Origin: Rheinheimera sp. | Lineage (GTDB): Bacteria > Pseudomonadota > Gammaproteobacteria > Enterobacterales > Alteromonadaceae | Assembly: GCF_965283995.1 (NCBI RefSeq) | Contig: NZ_CBDIQG010000001.1 | Coordinates: 3,725,858 to 3,789,857, forward strand | Reading direction: 5' to 3' | Length of the DNA: 64,000 nucleotides | Shown here: positions 45,685 through 55,408 of the stretch, piece after piece | Numbering within the stretch: the stretch's first letter is position 1 | Layout: each line of letters starts with the position of its first letter | Program-made: the position numbers and the translations under genes | Notes under the pieces: model-generated | The model's input: only the letters and a program-made list of their open reading frames with translations | Databases searched by the model: none | What the model was told of the DNA's origin: nothing

Positions 45685-45925
45685 CCGGCGGCGACACGGC
45701 ACGATCTCCCGGAAAGCTTCGCCGCAACAGATTCGGAGAACAGGTTTTTCCAGCAGCGGCGCAGCGGGGCACTTGGCATAACATGTGCGGTGATGCGTGT
45801 TGTGGGCGGGGGGTTTTATACCTACGGCTTTGAAGGCTTGCAGTTTCTGCTGCAATTTTTGCGCTCGCCGCTATAATAGCCCTCCATTTTTTAAGGCTAT
45901 TTAGCCAGTCCACAACGGAGCCCCG

Positions 45926-46264
45926 ATGAGCCAGTTACCACCATGTCCACAATGTCAGTCCCCTTTTGCCTATGAAGACGGCGCGCAGCTGGTCTGCCCT
46001 GAGTGTGGCCATGAATGGCAACCGGGCGCTGAAGCTGCAGCCGAAAGTAGCCGAGAGATCCGCGATTCAGCCGGCACTGTGTTACAGGATGGTGATACCG
46101 TCACAGTGATCAAAGACTTAAAAGTCAAAGGCTCTTCGCTTGTGGTGAAAATTGGCACTAAAGTGAAAAACATCCGGCTGGTTGATGGTGATCACGACAT
46201 CGATTGCAAAATTGATGGTTTTGGTGCGATGAAGTTAAAATCGGAATTCGTCAAAAAGGTCTGA
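45926..46264 (+). CDS. yjdM: Zinc-ribbon protein YjdM (PhnA family)
   Basis: '[27 protein letters not shown]' and the C-terminal '[42 protein letters not shown]'. Confidence 0.9.
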   Translation: MSQLPPCPQCQSPFAYEDGAQLVCPECGHEWQPGAEAAAESSREIRDSAGTVLQDGDTVTVIKDLKVKGSSLVVKIGTKVKNIRLVDGDHDIDCKIDGFGAMKLKSEFVKKV

Positions 46265-46276
46265 ATGGACCCTAAT

Positions 46277-46305
46277 AAAAATGGCGCCAAGGGCGCCATT
46301 TTTTA
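46277..46305. terminator. Bidirectional rho-independent terminator
   Basis: 'aaaaATGGCGCC aag GGCGCCATttttt' between convergent genes. Confidence 0.8.
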
Positions 46306-46318
46306 TGCTGTTGCCACG

Positions 46319-46549
46319 TCAGTAAGCGCGGTTTTTAAAAGTCGCTGCATCTAAAATCGACCACAGATGTACCAGTCCTGCGATGACCGCCGGAATAAAA
46401 ACCAGCCACCACATGGCATAACCAGCCATACAAACGACAAAAAACAGAATGGCTGGCAGCAAACGGCCTTGCACCAGCTGGCCCAGCCCCGGAATAAACA
46501 CACTGCATAATGCGGCGATTACATTACCGCCTGACCCTTGTTCTGCCAT
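46319..46549 (-). CDS. Small inner-membrane protein (76 aa, two TM helices), unknown function
   Basis: 'NVIAALCSVFIPGLGQLVQGR' and 'LPAILFFVVCMAGYAMWWLVFIPAVIAGLVHLW'. Confidence 0.55.
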   Translation of the reverse strand: MAEQGSGGNVIAALCSVFIPGLGQLVQGRLLPAILFFVVCMAGYAMWWLVFIPAVIAGLVHLWSILDAATFKNRAY

Positions 46550-47023
46550 AGCCGGCTCCTTACTTTCAACGATTTGGCCTTTGAACTGACTCTATCTCAA
46601 AACTTTCTTGTCCACAGCATAATTCTGTAAGCAAATTTATAAGCAGGTGACGTCTTCGTTATGCTGCGATAGGCTGTTGGCGGTTTGCCATGGTGGAGTT
46701 AACAGGTGGATGCTAAATCGCAACAGACACAACACGCTAATCTGTGAGTCCGGCTGAAACTAAACCAGCTGCTGCCCGAATTGTTAATGGTGTTTGTTGG
46801 TGTATTTTCGGCGTGATTTTCAGCGACTATTGGCATCTTGAAGGCGTCAATATGATGCTGGCTTCGGGCCGGCTAAATGATATTGATTTAGCGCTATACC
46901 GCAGTATGGCGCCGTGATATGAATCTATTGCGATGTACCCGGAACAACTGCAAAGGTTCAGCGAAGTCACTGTGCAGATTGCGCAGGAGTTACTGGGCGA
47001 AATCGATAAAAAATACCCGGAAC

Positions 47024-47437
47024 TCAAGCCCCCGGTTCCGTCAGAAACCCCAGCTGAGTAATACCGGCTTGCTGCACGGCCGCCAGTGTCGATACGACGT
47101 GTTCATAGGCGACCGCGCGGTCACCTTTGAGCTGAAAGGTGGGCTGCGGTGTTTGCAGCGCGGCCTGCTGTAGTCGTTGCGTCAGTTCGGCGCGGCTCAG
47201 TTTGTCGCGGTTCCAATACACAGCACCGTCGGCGGTGACGGCCAGCGTGACAGTGTCCGGTTTGGTCTGACTGGGCTGATGGCTGACCTGCGGCAGTTCC
47301 AGCGGAATAGAGTGGGTTAGCACCGGCACTGTGATCATAAAAATAATCAGTAGCACCAGCATCACGTCGACCAGCGGCGTCATATTGATTTCGCTGATCA
47401 CGCCGCTATCCTCATCAAAATCATTATGAAAAGACAT
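47024..47437 (-). CDS. exbD: Biopolymer transport protein ExbD
   Basis: 'ISEINMTPLVDVMLVLLIIFMIT' and the periplasmic domain. ATGA-type overlap with exbB. Confidence 0.9.
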   Translation of the reverse strand: MSFHNDFDEDSGVISEINMTPLVDVMLVLLIIFMITVPVLTHSIPLELPQVSHQPSQTKPDTVTLAVTADGAVYWNRDKLSRAELTQRLQQAALQTPQPTFQLKGDRAVAYEHVVSTLAAVQQAGITQLGFLTEPGA

Positions 47438-48174
47438 CAGGCGGCTCCGTTCATCGGGTTGGTGTGCGTATGCGACACCGTCGCTTTTGGCGCGGCGCCG
47501 GTAATGAAATACGCATGCAGCTGAAAAGCAAAGCGGTTTAACTGCGACACAATGCCCTTGTTGCTGCGGCTAAAGGCGTTGAAGGCCAACGTGGCCGGGA
47601 TCGCCACTGCGAGGCCAAAAGCCGTCATGATCAGCGCTTCACCGACCGGACCAGCAATTTTGTCGATGCTAGCCTGACCGCTGGCGCCGAGGCTCACCAG
47701 TGCATGATAAATACCCCAAACCGTGCCGAACAGACCGACAAATGGCGCAACCGAGCCGACTGATGCCAGGATCGCCAGACCGCGTTGCAGCTGCTCAGAA
47801 CTTTCATCAATCGCGCCTTTTAAATTCGCCGTCAGCCAGTCGGAGAGTGGCAGATGACCATGTAGGTCATCTCGGTGCGTGCTGTGATGCGCTAACGCCT
47901 GCTGGCCCTGATCTGCCAGATAAAAAAACGGATTCGCAGGGCCATCCACCGGCCGGGCTTGTTGTAATAAACTCAGGCCCGCCTGAAAACTTTGCGCATG
48001 CCAAAATTCGCGGCCGGCTTGCTGCAAACGGCGCAGTTGCCACAACGCATAGCTGCGCCGGGCAATCACAGTCCAGCTGGCGACCGACATCAGCAGCAAT
48101 AAAAACGCCACGGTTTTGCTGACCATATCGCCTTGTTGCCATAACAGCGCGATGCCATAAGGATTGTCTTGCAT
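47437..48174 (-). CDS. exbB: MotA/TolQ/ExbB proton-channel protein ExbB
   Basis: Start at ATG 48174 (AAGGAG 6 nt upstream). 'LASVGSVAPFVGLFGTVWGIYHAL' and 'GEALIMTAFGLAVAIPA'. Confidence 0.9.
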   Translation of the reverse strand: MQDNPYGIALLWQQGDMVSKTVAFLLLLMSVASWTVIARRSYALWQLRRLQQAGREFWHAQSFQAGLSLLQQARPVDGPANPFFYLADQGQQALAHHSTHRDDLHGHLPLSDWLTANLKGAIDESSEQLQRGLAILASVGSVAPFVGLFGTVWGIYHALVSLGASGQASIDKIAGPVGEALIMTAFGLAVAIPATLAFNAFSRSNKGIVSQLNRFAFQLHAYFITGAAPKATVSHTHTNPMNGAA

Positions 48175-48221
48175 GATGTACTCCTTTAAATAATGCGGCG
48201 CGTAGCACCAAAAATCCGCGG

Positions 48222-48878
48222 TTAACCCTGCTGCAATGAAAATTTCAGCGGCAGCTCGTACCAATAATCAATTGGCTGGCCTTCTTTGCGTGCCGGCTGG
48301 AATTTCCATTTTTTCACCGCCTGCAGCGCGGCGTGATCCAGCCGGTCAAAACCACTGGTTTTTTTCAGCTTCAGTTGGGTGACCAAGCCGTCTTTACTGA
48401 CCAGTAATAACATCCAGACCGTGCCCTGTTCTTTGCGTTTGCGCGACAACATCGGGTAGACCGGTGCTTTGTTATTCAGGCCTGCGGCATCGGCGCTGGG
48501 CAGCTGTGTGCTCGGCTCGGTGGTTTTTGCGCTGCTGCTGGCCTGTGCTTGTCGCGTGACAGGCTTGGTCAGCGTTGGGGCCGGTGCTGCCGCTGCTGCT
48601 TTGGCGACCGGCGGCGGTGTCTTTTGCTTGGGCGTAGTCTGCTTCAGCGGCGGTTGTTTCGTGCTGGGCTTCGGCTGTGGTTTCACCGATTCCGGCTCAG
48701 CTTTAGGTGGCGGCGGCGCCACTTTGGGCTCAGGTGCGATCAACATGCCCTGTAGCTTGGGTGGTTCCATGTCGATTGTCGGTTCTGTAATGGCTGCATC
48801 CGCCTGCACCAGCGCGGCAATAGCGCCGAGATGCAGCGACAACAACAACAAAAAGACTCCGGCAGATCCGCGCGACAT
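48222..48878 (-). CDS. tonB: Energy transducer TonB
   Basis: N-terminal anchor, Pro/Lys-rich spacer 'PEPKVAPPPPKAEPESVKPQPKP' and C-terminal domain 'PVYPMLSRKRKEQGTVWMLLLVSKDGLVTQLKLKKTSG..LDHAALQAVKKWKFQPA'. Confidence 0.9.
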   Translation of the reverse strand: MSRGSAGVFLLLLSLHLGAIAALVQADAAITEPTIDMEPPKLQGMLIAPEPKVAPPPPKAEPESVKPQPKPSTKQPPLKQTTPKQKTPPPVAKAAAAAPAPTLTKPVTRQAQASSSAKTTEPSTQLPSADAAGLNNKAPVYPMLSRKRKEQGTVWMLLLVSKDGLVTQLKLKKTSGFDRLDHAALQAVKKWKFQPARKEGQPIDYWYELPLKFSLQQG

Positions 48879-48897
48879 GATAAAACTTAAGGCATAT

Positions 48898-48916
48898 GAG
48901 AATGATTCGCATTATG
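48898..48916. promoter_or_regulatory. Fur-box-like site upstream of tonB-exbB-exbD
   Basis: 'GAGAATGATTCGCATTATG' matches the 19-bp Fur consensus at 14/19 positions. It lies 20 nt upstream of the tonB ATG. Confidence 0.5.
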
Positions 48917-49047
48917 CATCAGTGTAAAGGTTTTGTCAGCAGCTTTTTGCTTTAAGCGAGGATCCCGCGAATGGCGCGTTTGGCAGTAGTGGCCTGTTGC
49001 TCAGACTATGATGCAGCTGAAGAGTCGGGGCAGGTGCAGTGAATGGG

Positions 49048-49830
49048 TTAATACAGCACTGTATTGCCCAAAATGCGCTGTAAAGAACCGTCTTGTTTCA
49101 TTTGAGCCAGCGCTGTCTTGATCTTTTGTTCCGCATCAGAATGTTTCAGATGGCGAGACAAACCGATAAAAATATCTTCCGGTTGCAGGTCGTCATGTGG
49201 GAATTGCGTACTTTGCAATTGACTGGCGATATCTGGATGTTGGTCCAAGACAGTTTTCACAATATTGGGTGACAGCAAAGCCGCTTCAGTCCTGCCCATC
49301 GCGACCAATTTCAATGCGTTTAATGCCGAATCCACGTATTGAATTTGGTTGGCTGGCAGCGCGTCAGCAATTTTCTGTAGTTTGGGATGTAAGCGGAAAC
49401 CCCTGACGATCACGATGCTCATGCTGCTGATTTGCGACAGCAGTAACACAGGTTTTGCAGCAGTGACGGGTCTGTACAGCTGGTCCGGCAGCCGCGAGGC
49501 GAACCTGATCAGGATAAACTGTCTGGCACGCTCCTCGCTATAGAGCAAATTGACCATGATGTCGGTGTCGCCTGCAGCGAGATCTTTCAGGCAACGGGCG
49601 ATGGGTGTCTGACGCGAGAGCTCTAAGCTGAAGCCGGCTCTGTCTGCGATTGCTTGCATCATTTGAACAGAAGGGCCAGTCGCGGTCCTGCCTTTTGCAT
49701 CAAATTCGTGTAAGCGCGGAAAATGATCCAGACACCAGCGCATCGTAACAGGCGCGGCCTCTGCATTTTTGCTACCGGCAGCGTTGCCAAGCAGCGCCAA
49801 GAGTAACCAAAGAAATGAAGGAAATTTCAC
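49048..49830 (-). CDS. Orphan periplasmic solute-binding-protein-like protein (family-3 SBP-like)
   Basis: Signal peptide 'MKFPSFLWLLLALLGNAAG'. Layout typical of SBP_bac_3-like orphans ('PSVQMMQAIADRAGFSLEL....ARCLKDLAAGDTDIMVNL'). No transporter partner nearby. Confidence 0.55.
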   Translation of the reverse strand: MKFPSFLWLLLALLGNAAGSKNAEAAPVTMRWCLDHFPRLHEFDAKGRTATGPSVQMMQAIADRAGFSLELSRQTPIARCLKDLAAGDTDIMVNLLYSEERARQFILIRFASRLPDQLYRPVTAAKPVLLLSQISSMSIVIVRGFRLHPKLQKIADALPANQIQYVDSALNALKLVAMGRTEAALLSPNIVKTVLDQHPDIASQLQSTQFPHDDLQPEDIFIGLSRHLKHSDAEQKIKTALAQMKQDGSLQRILGNTVLY

Positions 49831-49934
49831 TATTGCGCTGTCAGGTAATGGCGATTGTTAACAGCATAGCGCAGTAGCAGGGGGCACTGGCGCAAACTTT
49901 TGCGCCAGCCCGAGGAAAAGTATGTAGCGTCGAA

Positions 49935-51113
49935 TTAACCAGGTACTTTGGCAGGCGCCGCGTGTTCAGGCTGCGTCGCAGGACGAAAGATATCCGGATA
50001 AACGCGGTCCCGTAACGCCATCGCCGGTGCTTCCAGCAGTTTATATAACAGCGCGCTGACACCGAGCGATACGGCAATATTCAGCAGCAGCACTGTGCTG
50101 TCTGACCAACCATACTGCGGCGCCTGCTGTTTAATGATAAAGCCAATCGGTTTATGCACCAGATACAGTGAATAGGACCATAACGCTAAAGTTGCGGCGC
50201 CGGGGATCTGGTAGCGCGCCAGCAAACTGCCCGGCTGCAGCGCACTCATCAGTAATAAAGCAAACGCCATCGCCAGTAAGGAATAGCCGAACACAGTGGC
50301 AAAAAAGCCATAACCTTCGCCTCTGATATAGCCATAGTTCAGCAGCAGATAGCACATCACTGCCACGGCGCCAAATGCCAGCAGCTGCAGCTTGGTCTGA
50401 TGTTGCGCCAAGGCTGCCCAGCGTGCCGGATAGGCATTTTTAAACAAGGCCACGGCGAGTCCAGGCAGCAATTCGTCCATCCGGGCGAAGCTGGAATAAT
50501 AAATAAATGCATTAAAATAGCGGGTCTGGCCATCGGCTTCATTCCCATACAACTGCCACATCTGATAACGATAACAAGTGGCCGCCACAATCAACGCGCC
50601 CATCAGCCAGAAGGCATGCTGCACTTTGCTGCCAACCCGCAGGCAGAGCCAGACCACCAATGGCAGCAAAAAATAGAATTGTTCTTCAATACATAAAGAC
50701 CAGGCATGCGAAAAGGCGGTGCCGGGCATCAGCTGATAATTTTGTGTGAAAGTCAGAAAGCGCCATAACGGTGGCGGTGTGTTGCCGCCCATCAGCTGTG
50801 GCAACAGGAAGAAGGCGGCCAATACCAGCCAGAACACCGGCCAGGTCCGCAGGGCGCGTCGCCAGTAAAAACGCCGGAACGACAGCTGCTTGCCTTGCGC
50901 CAACCCTTTAAACAGCTGATTACCGATTAGATAACCGGATAAAACAAAAAACAAATCGACGCCAACCCAACCGATTTGACTGAGCCAGCCAAAGGTCGGT
51001 TCGCCACTGACAAACACCATATAGTGATACATAAACACCAGCGCAATAGCGCAAGCCCGCAGCAGGTCCAGCCCGCTGTGGCGAGAAGAGTGGCGCGACG
51101 ACAACACGTTCAT
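49935..51113 (-). CDS. Acyltransferase family 3 (OafA-like) integral membrane protein
   Basis: Start at ATG 51113. 'GLDLLRACAIALVFMYHY', 'GWVGVDLFFVLSGYLI' and 'HAWSLCIEEQFYFLLP'. Confidence 0.88.
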   Translation of the reverse strand: MNVLSSRHSSRHSGLDLLRACAIALVFMYHYMVFVSGEPTFGWLSQIGWVGVDLFFVLSGYLIGNQLFKGLAQGKQLSFRRFYWRRALRTWPVFWLVLAAFFLLPQLMGGNTPPPLWRFLTFTQNYQLMPGTAFSHAWSLCIEEQFYFLLPLVVWLCLRVGSKVQHAFWLMGALIVAATCYRYQMWQLYGNEADGQTRYFNAFIYYSSFARMDELLPGLAVALFKNAYPARWAALAQHQTKLQLLAFGAVAVMCYLLLNYGYIRGEGYGFFATVFGYSLLAMAFALLLMSALQPGSLLARYQIPGAATLALWSYSLYLVHKPIGFIIKQQAPQYGWSDSTVLLLNIAVSLGVSALLYKLLEAPAMALRDRVYPDIFRPATQPEHAAPAKVPG

Positions 51114-51362
51114 TAAAACCCCGGAAATTGTGACGGAAACACGAATGAGAGCAGGCAATTGCATTGAAATTACCATCCTGTCCGGGGATTGTCGTCAGAA
51201 TGTTCGGCCCGACCTGCCAGCGCTGGGATGAGTGGGGCACGGCATGGGATAGCAGATTGCTGTTTGCTGGTTTTCTGCCCTGTGGGCGGGTGTTTTCGCT
51301 GATGCTGAGTCTTTGTCCTACGGGCGGTTTTTATTCAAATTTCATTTTTGCCTGTTGCCGCA

Positions 51363-51587
51363 AGACCGCTTAGCAAAGATGTCACCTGACGGTGAGTTCC
51401 TTTCTTTTGTCTTGCCAAAAGAAAGGAACCGAAAGAAAAGGCGCCACCCGGTTCCGCTCTAAAGCCCGTCTGAAAAGTCGCCGTCCAAGGCGAAAACGTA
51501 ACTCGCACGGCGCTAGCGTCGCCGTGCTCAGACACCCGTTTTCTTAAAACCTTGGCCAACGATTTTCAGCCGGTTCGCTCCAACGGG
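51363..51587. repeat. Left copy of a ~225-bp structured element (inverted relative to 51664..51885)
   Basis: It aligns base-for-base with the reverse complement of 51664..51885, roughly three quarters identical by eye. It contains hairpin 51396-51429 'GTTCCTTTCTTTT gtcttgcc AAAAGAAAGGAAC'. Confidence 0.85.
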
Positions 51588-51663
51588 CAGCCGGTCTCAA
51601 TTAGTGGTACTTGCTTTTAATTCTCTTTGGTTAAAATCAAAAACAACTAAAAAAGCCAATCCC

Positions 51664-51885
51664 CCCGTTGGAGCGAGCCGATGCAAATCAGCGGTTTGAG
51701 GTTTTAAGCTGGGGAGTGTTTGAGTGCGGCGACGGTAGCGCCGTGCGAGTTGCCCCAGCGCCTCAAATTGTTGATTTTCATCGGTCTTTCGAGCGTAACC
51801 GGGGTCGGTTTTTCTTTGGTTACTTTCTTTTGCTGAAACAAAAGAAAGTGACTCACCAACAGGTGAAATCTTTGCTAGACGGTCT
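51664..51885. repeat. Right copy of the ~225-bp structured element (inverted)
   Basis: It contains hairpin 51819-51852 'GTTACTTTCTTTT gctgaaac AAAAGAAAGTGAC'. The arms are separated by a ~76-bp AT-rich spacer. Confidence 0.85.
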
Positions 51886-51951
51886 CATCGTGAAGGTAAA
51901 AACGAGAAATAAGCCAAGTGCCGCCCGCAGGGCAAAAAACAAAGGCAATCG

Positions 51952-52908
51952 TCAGGCGACTTGCTTCTCAGCCAGATGCAATTCCATCGTGGCTTTCAGC
52001 AGGCGGAACAGCAAGACTGATGCGTCGATTTCTTCGCGTCGGTTGGTCAGGCTTTCCACGTTGAGGCCAAGCGGAATATCCAGGCTGGCGCAGTGCTGCA
52101 GAATTTGTTGCAGGTTGTCGCGGCAGAGGCGGATGGATTCGTTCAGCGGGTTTTCTGCGTCCAGAATGCGGTAGCGTGCTGCTTCCGGCACTGAAATGCC
52201 CAGCCACTGCATAAATTCTAACGTTTGTTCGCCGCCACAAGGCGTGAACGTCAGGATCACGCGGTTCGGTGTCAGGCCTTGCTGGCGGCAGCTGCGGGCG
52301 TAGCTAGTCAGTAAATCAATGGTGGCCTGCGCGTTATAGACCGCCTGGGTGATAAAAAACTGACACCCTTGTGCCGACTTTTCGATCAGGCGCTGGTGTT
52401 CATTGCCTTTGCTGGCATGACGCTCAGCAATGGCGACACCGCCAAGATATACATCGGCCGGATGTTCCGCTAACTCGCGGTAAGCGTCGGCCAGACTCAG
52501 TTTGATCGTGCCGTTGGACGAAGGGCTGCCGACCAACACCAGATTCTGCAGCTGATAATCGCGCGCTGTTTCACCCAGCCAATCACGAAATTCGGCGGCA
52601 TCGCGCTGCGCCACGGACTTGTAGGTGATCACATCCCGACGCGCCAGCTTACGCAGCAACAGGCTGTACTCACGCGGGTCCAGCGTGGCGTGAAACGGGA
52701 AAGGCCGTTCGCTGCTGACCCGGCTGCTTTCGTCCTGAATGTCATAAACAACTAAACCGTCGAATTCGATTTCGTTTAAGCGCTTTAGCAGCTTGCTAGC
52801 AATGCGTTCGGTTTTATCCGTTGCAGTGCCGGCTTTTGGCGGAGTAGTGCCAATCAGGTACACACCCTGGTTTGGGTCCTGAATTTTTTGCTGCAGACTG
52901 AGCGGCAT
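51952..52908 (-). CDS. Methylenetetrahydrofolate-reductase-like (MetF/MTHFR family) protein, distant member
   Basis: The pattern 'GVAIAERHASKGNEHQRLIEKSAQGCQFFITQAVYNAQ....ILTFTPCGGEQTLEFM' parallels E. coli MetF 'AAYPEVHPEA....KVDAGANRAITQFFFD....IIPGILPVSNFKQ'. This is an eye alignment only. Confidence 0.5.
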   Translation of the reverse strand: MPLSLQQKIQDPNQGVYLIGTTPPKAGTATDKTERIASKLLKRLNEIEFDGLVVYDIQDESSRVSSERPFPFHATLDPREYSLLLRKLARRDVITYKSVAQRDAAEFRDWLGETARDYQLQNLVLVGSPSSNGTIKLSLADAYRELAEHPADVYLGGVAIAERHASKGNEHQRLIEKSAQGCQFFITQAVYNAQATIDLLTSYARSCRQQGLTPNRVILTFTPCGGEQTLEFMQWLGISVPEAARYRILDAENPLNESIRLCRDNLQQILQHCASLDIPLGLNVESLTNRREEIDASVLLFRLLKATMELHLAEKQVA

Positions 52909-53088
52909 CGTCGAAATCTCTTATAGCAGTTGATGCGGCTAAGTATACAGATGTTTGGATGGCTGGCCATCTAAATTTAATTGAATTTTTTCGAATCTTC
53001 AGTTGAGAAAAACTCAAACTAACTGGTCGAGATGGGGAAAGTGCAGAAAAATCACCTTAGATCGATTATCTTCATACAGGTATTTTGC

Positions 53089-53823
53089 ATGGATCTGGCC
53101 GGGAGTATTTCAGTGCGAAGCGTCGTTATTTTACTGTTGATATTGTCCTGCATGGTGACGCCGGCTGCAGAGGCCAACGTAACGGCAACGGTATATCCAA
53201 AGCTGGATATCTACCTCATTACAGATGAGGCGCCGGCCCCCGACGGCCGGGAAACTGAGGCAACCCTGCGCTTACGTAGTATCATGGCGAAAGTACCGGA
53301 ACTGCGTTACCAACTGCACTATGTGTCCTGGCCCAAAGCGATGCGGCAGGTCGAACAGCGACATGATGCACTGATTTTCCAGATATTACGCACGCCGCAG
53401 CGTGAAGCACGATATCGTTGGTTGGTTGCCGACCAGCAAGTGCCGATCAACCTTGTGGCATTGAACCGGAATCCGAAAAAAAACTGGCCTTTGTCACGTT
53501 TGAAACAGGACAAAGACCTCAGGATCGCTTGCCCGGCAAATACCGCGCAGTGTGAAATTCTGTTACAGCAGGGCTTCGATGAGAATCAAATTGTGCAAAT
53601 CAGCCCGCAACAACAACAAAGCCTGGAGCGGGTTTTGCTGGCCGAGCGGGTCGATTTTATTGTGGTGGCGCCGGTCGATTTACAGCGCAATATGCAACGA
53701 TTGTCTGTGGCAGCTTCGGCCTATCAAATCAGCCATAAACTCACTTCAACTGACGACTATCTGGCCGGTGGTTTGTTCTTAGAACCGGCGGTACGCCAGC
53801 TGTTTCAGCAAAAATTTCCATGA
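53089..53823 (+). CDS. Orphan periplasmic solute-binding-protein-like protein
   Basis: Start at ATG 53089 gives signal peptide 'MDLAGSISVRSVVILLLILSCMVTPAAEA'. Same general architecture as 49048..49830. Confidence 0.5.
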   Translation: MDLAGSISVRSVVILLLILSCMVTPAAEANVTATVYPKLDIYLITDEAPAPDGRETEATLRLRSIMAKVPELRYQLHYVSWPKAMRQVEQRHDALIFQILRTPQREARYRWLVADQQVPINLVALNRNPKKNWPLSRLKQDKDLRIACPANTAQCEILLQQGFDENQIVQISPQQQQSLERVLLAERVDFIVVAPVDLQRNMQRLSVAASAYQISHKLTSTDDYLAGGLFLEPAVRQLFQQKFP

Positions 53824-53920
53824 CCAGCCAGTCAGGCGCCGCAATCCTTATAGTTTCTTTATAAAGCCGTGCGCGTCACAGTTTTACAATAAACACCTCT
53901 GATGTTGAAGGTGTTTGCTG

Positions 53921-55399
53921 ATGTCCAGCCTCACGTTGTCGGCGCCACGCCAGAGTGGTCGCCTGCTGATTTACAAAGTCCTCGGTTACTTGCTGTTATT
54001 GTTGTCGGTGGTACATCTGAGCGGCGCCGCGGTGTCGGTGTATTTTAACGAAAACACTTTTTGGACCTTCCTCGGTACTGCAGCGACCTGTGTCATTGTC
54101 GGCTACAGCCTGACGTTAATGGGCCGCGATGCGGTTGCGATGAAGCAGCGACAGTTGTTTTTGTTGACCACGTTAAGCTGGTTGGTCATTTGTGTTTTTT
54201 CTGCCTTGCCGTTCTGGCTGATTATTCCCAATTCAAGTTTTACCAATGCCTGGTTTGAAACAGTTTCCGGTATCACCACTACCGGCGCGACTGTCTACTC
54301 GGGCTTAGATAATCTGCCAAAAGGTATTTTGTACTGGCGCGCGATCCTGAACTGGATTGGTGGGATCGGCATTATCGTGATGGCCATCGCCATTTTGCCA
54401 GCGCTGAAAATCGGTGGCATGCGGCTGTTTAAAACTGAAAGCTCCGACACTTCAGAGAAAATCCTGCCGCGTAGCTCCTCGATGTCGGCGGCGATTGGCG
54501 GTGTTTATCTGGTGCTGAGTCTGGTCACGGCGATTGCGTATTATCTGGCTGGTATGAATGGCTTTGATGCCATTACTCATATGATGGCGACTGTTGCAAC
54601 CGGTGGTTTTGCTAATTACGACGCCTCATTTGGTGTTTACAAAGAGATGCCACAGATTTATTGGCTCAGCAGCTTTTTTATGTTGCTGGCGGCGATGCCT
54701 TTTGTGTTGTTTATCAGCATGGTGAAAGGGGATCGCAAAGCGCTATGGAAAGATCCACAAGTCCGGGCTTTCTTATTAATTGTGGCTTTTTGCACTGCGC
54801 TTCTGACTTATTATCAGGTAGCGCATAATGCGCGGGGCGCTTTTGATGCACTGACGCATAGCCTGTTTAATGTGGTCTCGATCATTACCACTTGTGGTTT
54901 TGCCTCCGAAGATTACACGCTGTGGGGCAATATGGCCGTGATGCTGTTTTTCTATATCACCTTTGCCGGTGCTTGTTCCGGCTCGACTTCGGGCGGCCTG
55001 AAAATTTTCCGTATTCAGTTGTCAGCGATGTTACTGGTCAAACAGCTGAAATTGCTGATCCATCCTAAAGCGGTTTGGAGCCAGAAATATGGCGGCAAGT
55101 CGGTCGACGACCAGTTGCTTGGCAACGTGCTGGCGTTTTGCTTTATCTATTTCGCCAGTATTGGTTTCATTGCGTTGATGTTGTCATTTTATGAATTAGA
55201 TCTGGTCACTGCGGTGACAGGCGCAGCAACAGCTGTGGCAAACGTAGGGCCGGGTCTTGGTTCTATTATTGGCCCCGCCGGCAATTTTTCCAGCTTGCCA
55301 GATGGTGCCAAGTGGTGGTTAAGTTTAGGTATGTTATTGGGCCGGCTCGAAATTCTGACGCTGGTGGTGTTATTTTCCCCGTCGTACTGGCGGTATTGA
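53921..55399 (+). CDS. trkH: TrkH-family potassium uptake protein
   Basis: Pore-loop motifs 'SGITTTGAT', 'ATGGFANYDAS', 'IITTCGFAS' and 'CSGSTSGGLKIFR'. About ten or more TM helices. Confidence 0.9.
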   Translation: MSSLTLSAPRQSGRLLIYKVLGYLLLLLSVVHLSGAAVSVYFNENTFWTFLGTAATCVIVGYSLTLMGRDAVAMKQRQLFLLTTLSWLVICVFSALPFWLIIPNSSFTNAWFETVSGITTTGATVYSGLDNLPKGILYWRAILNWIGGIGIIVMAIAILPALKIGGMRLFKTESSDTSEKILPRSSSMSAAIGGVYLVLSLVTAIAYYLAGMNGFDAITHMMATVATGGFANYDASFGVYKEMPQIYWLSSFFMLLAAMPFVLFISMVKGDRKALWKDPQVRAFLLIVAFCTALLTYYQVAHNARGAFDALTHSLFNVVSIITTCGFASEDYTLWGNMAVMLFFYITFAGACSGSTSGGLKIFRIQLSAMLLVKQLKLLIHPKAVWSQKYGGKSVDDQLLGNVLAFCFIYFASIGFIALMLSFYELDLVTAVTGAATAVANVGPGLGSIIGPAGNFSSLPDGAKWWLSLGMLLGRLEILTLVVLFSPSYWRY

Positions 55400-55408
55400 G
55401 GCAACACG

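Noticed and set aside
46550-47023. 474-bp gap containing short ORFs, for example a 40-codon 'MYPEQLQRFSEVTVQIAQELLGEIDKKYPELKPP..' at 46933..47061, and the 66- and 84-aa track ORFs
   Set aside because: None has a convincing RBS or a recognisable family. The 40-codon ORF overlaps the exbD 3' end convergently. It may be a decayed gene remnant or an sRNA locus, but I cannot support a call. I did not find RyhB-like sequence.
51335-52174. ORFs 51335..51559 (-) and 51668..52174 (+) as protein genes
   Set aside because: Both are translations through the two arms of the inverted repeat (mirror-image peptides 'FLLARQKKGTHRQV' and 'FLLLKQKKVTHQQV'). The second also runs antisense into the MTHFR-like gene. 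Repeat or RNA structure explains them better.
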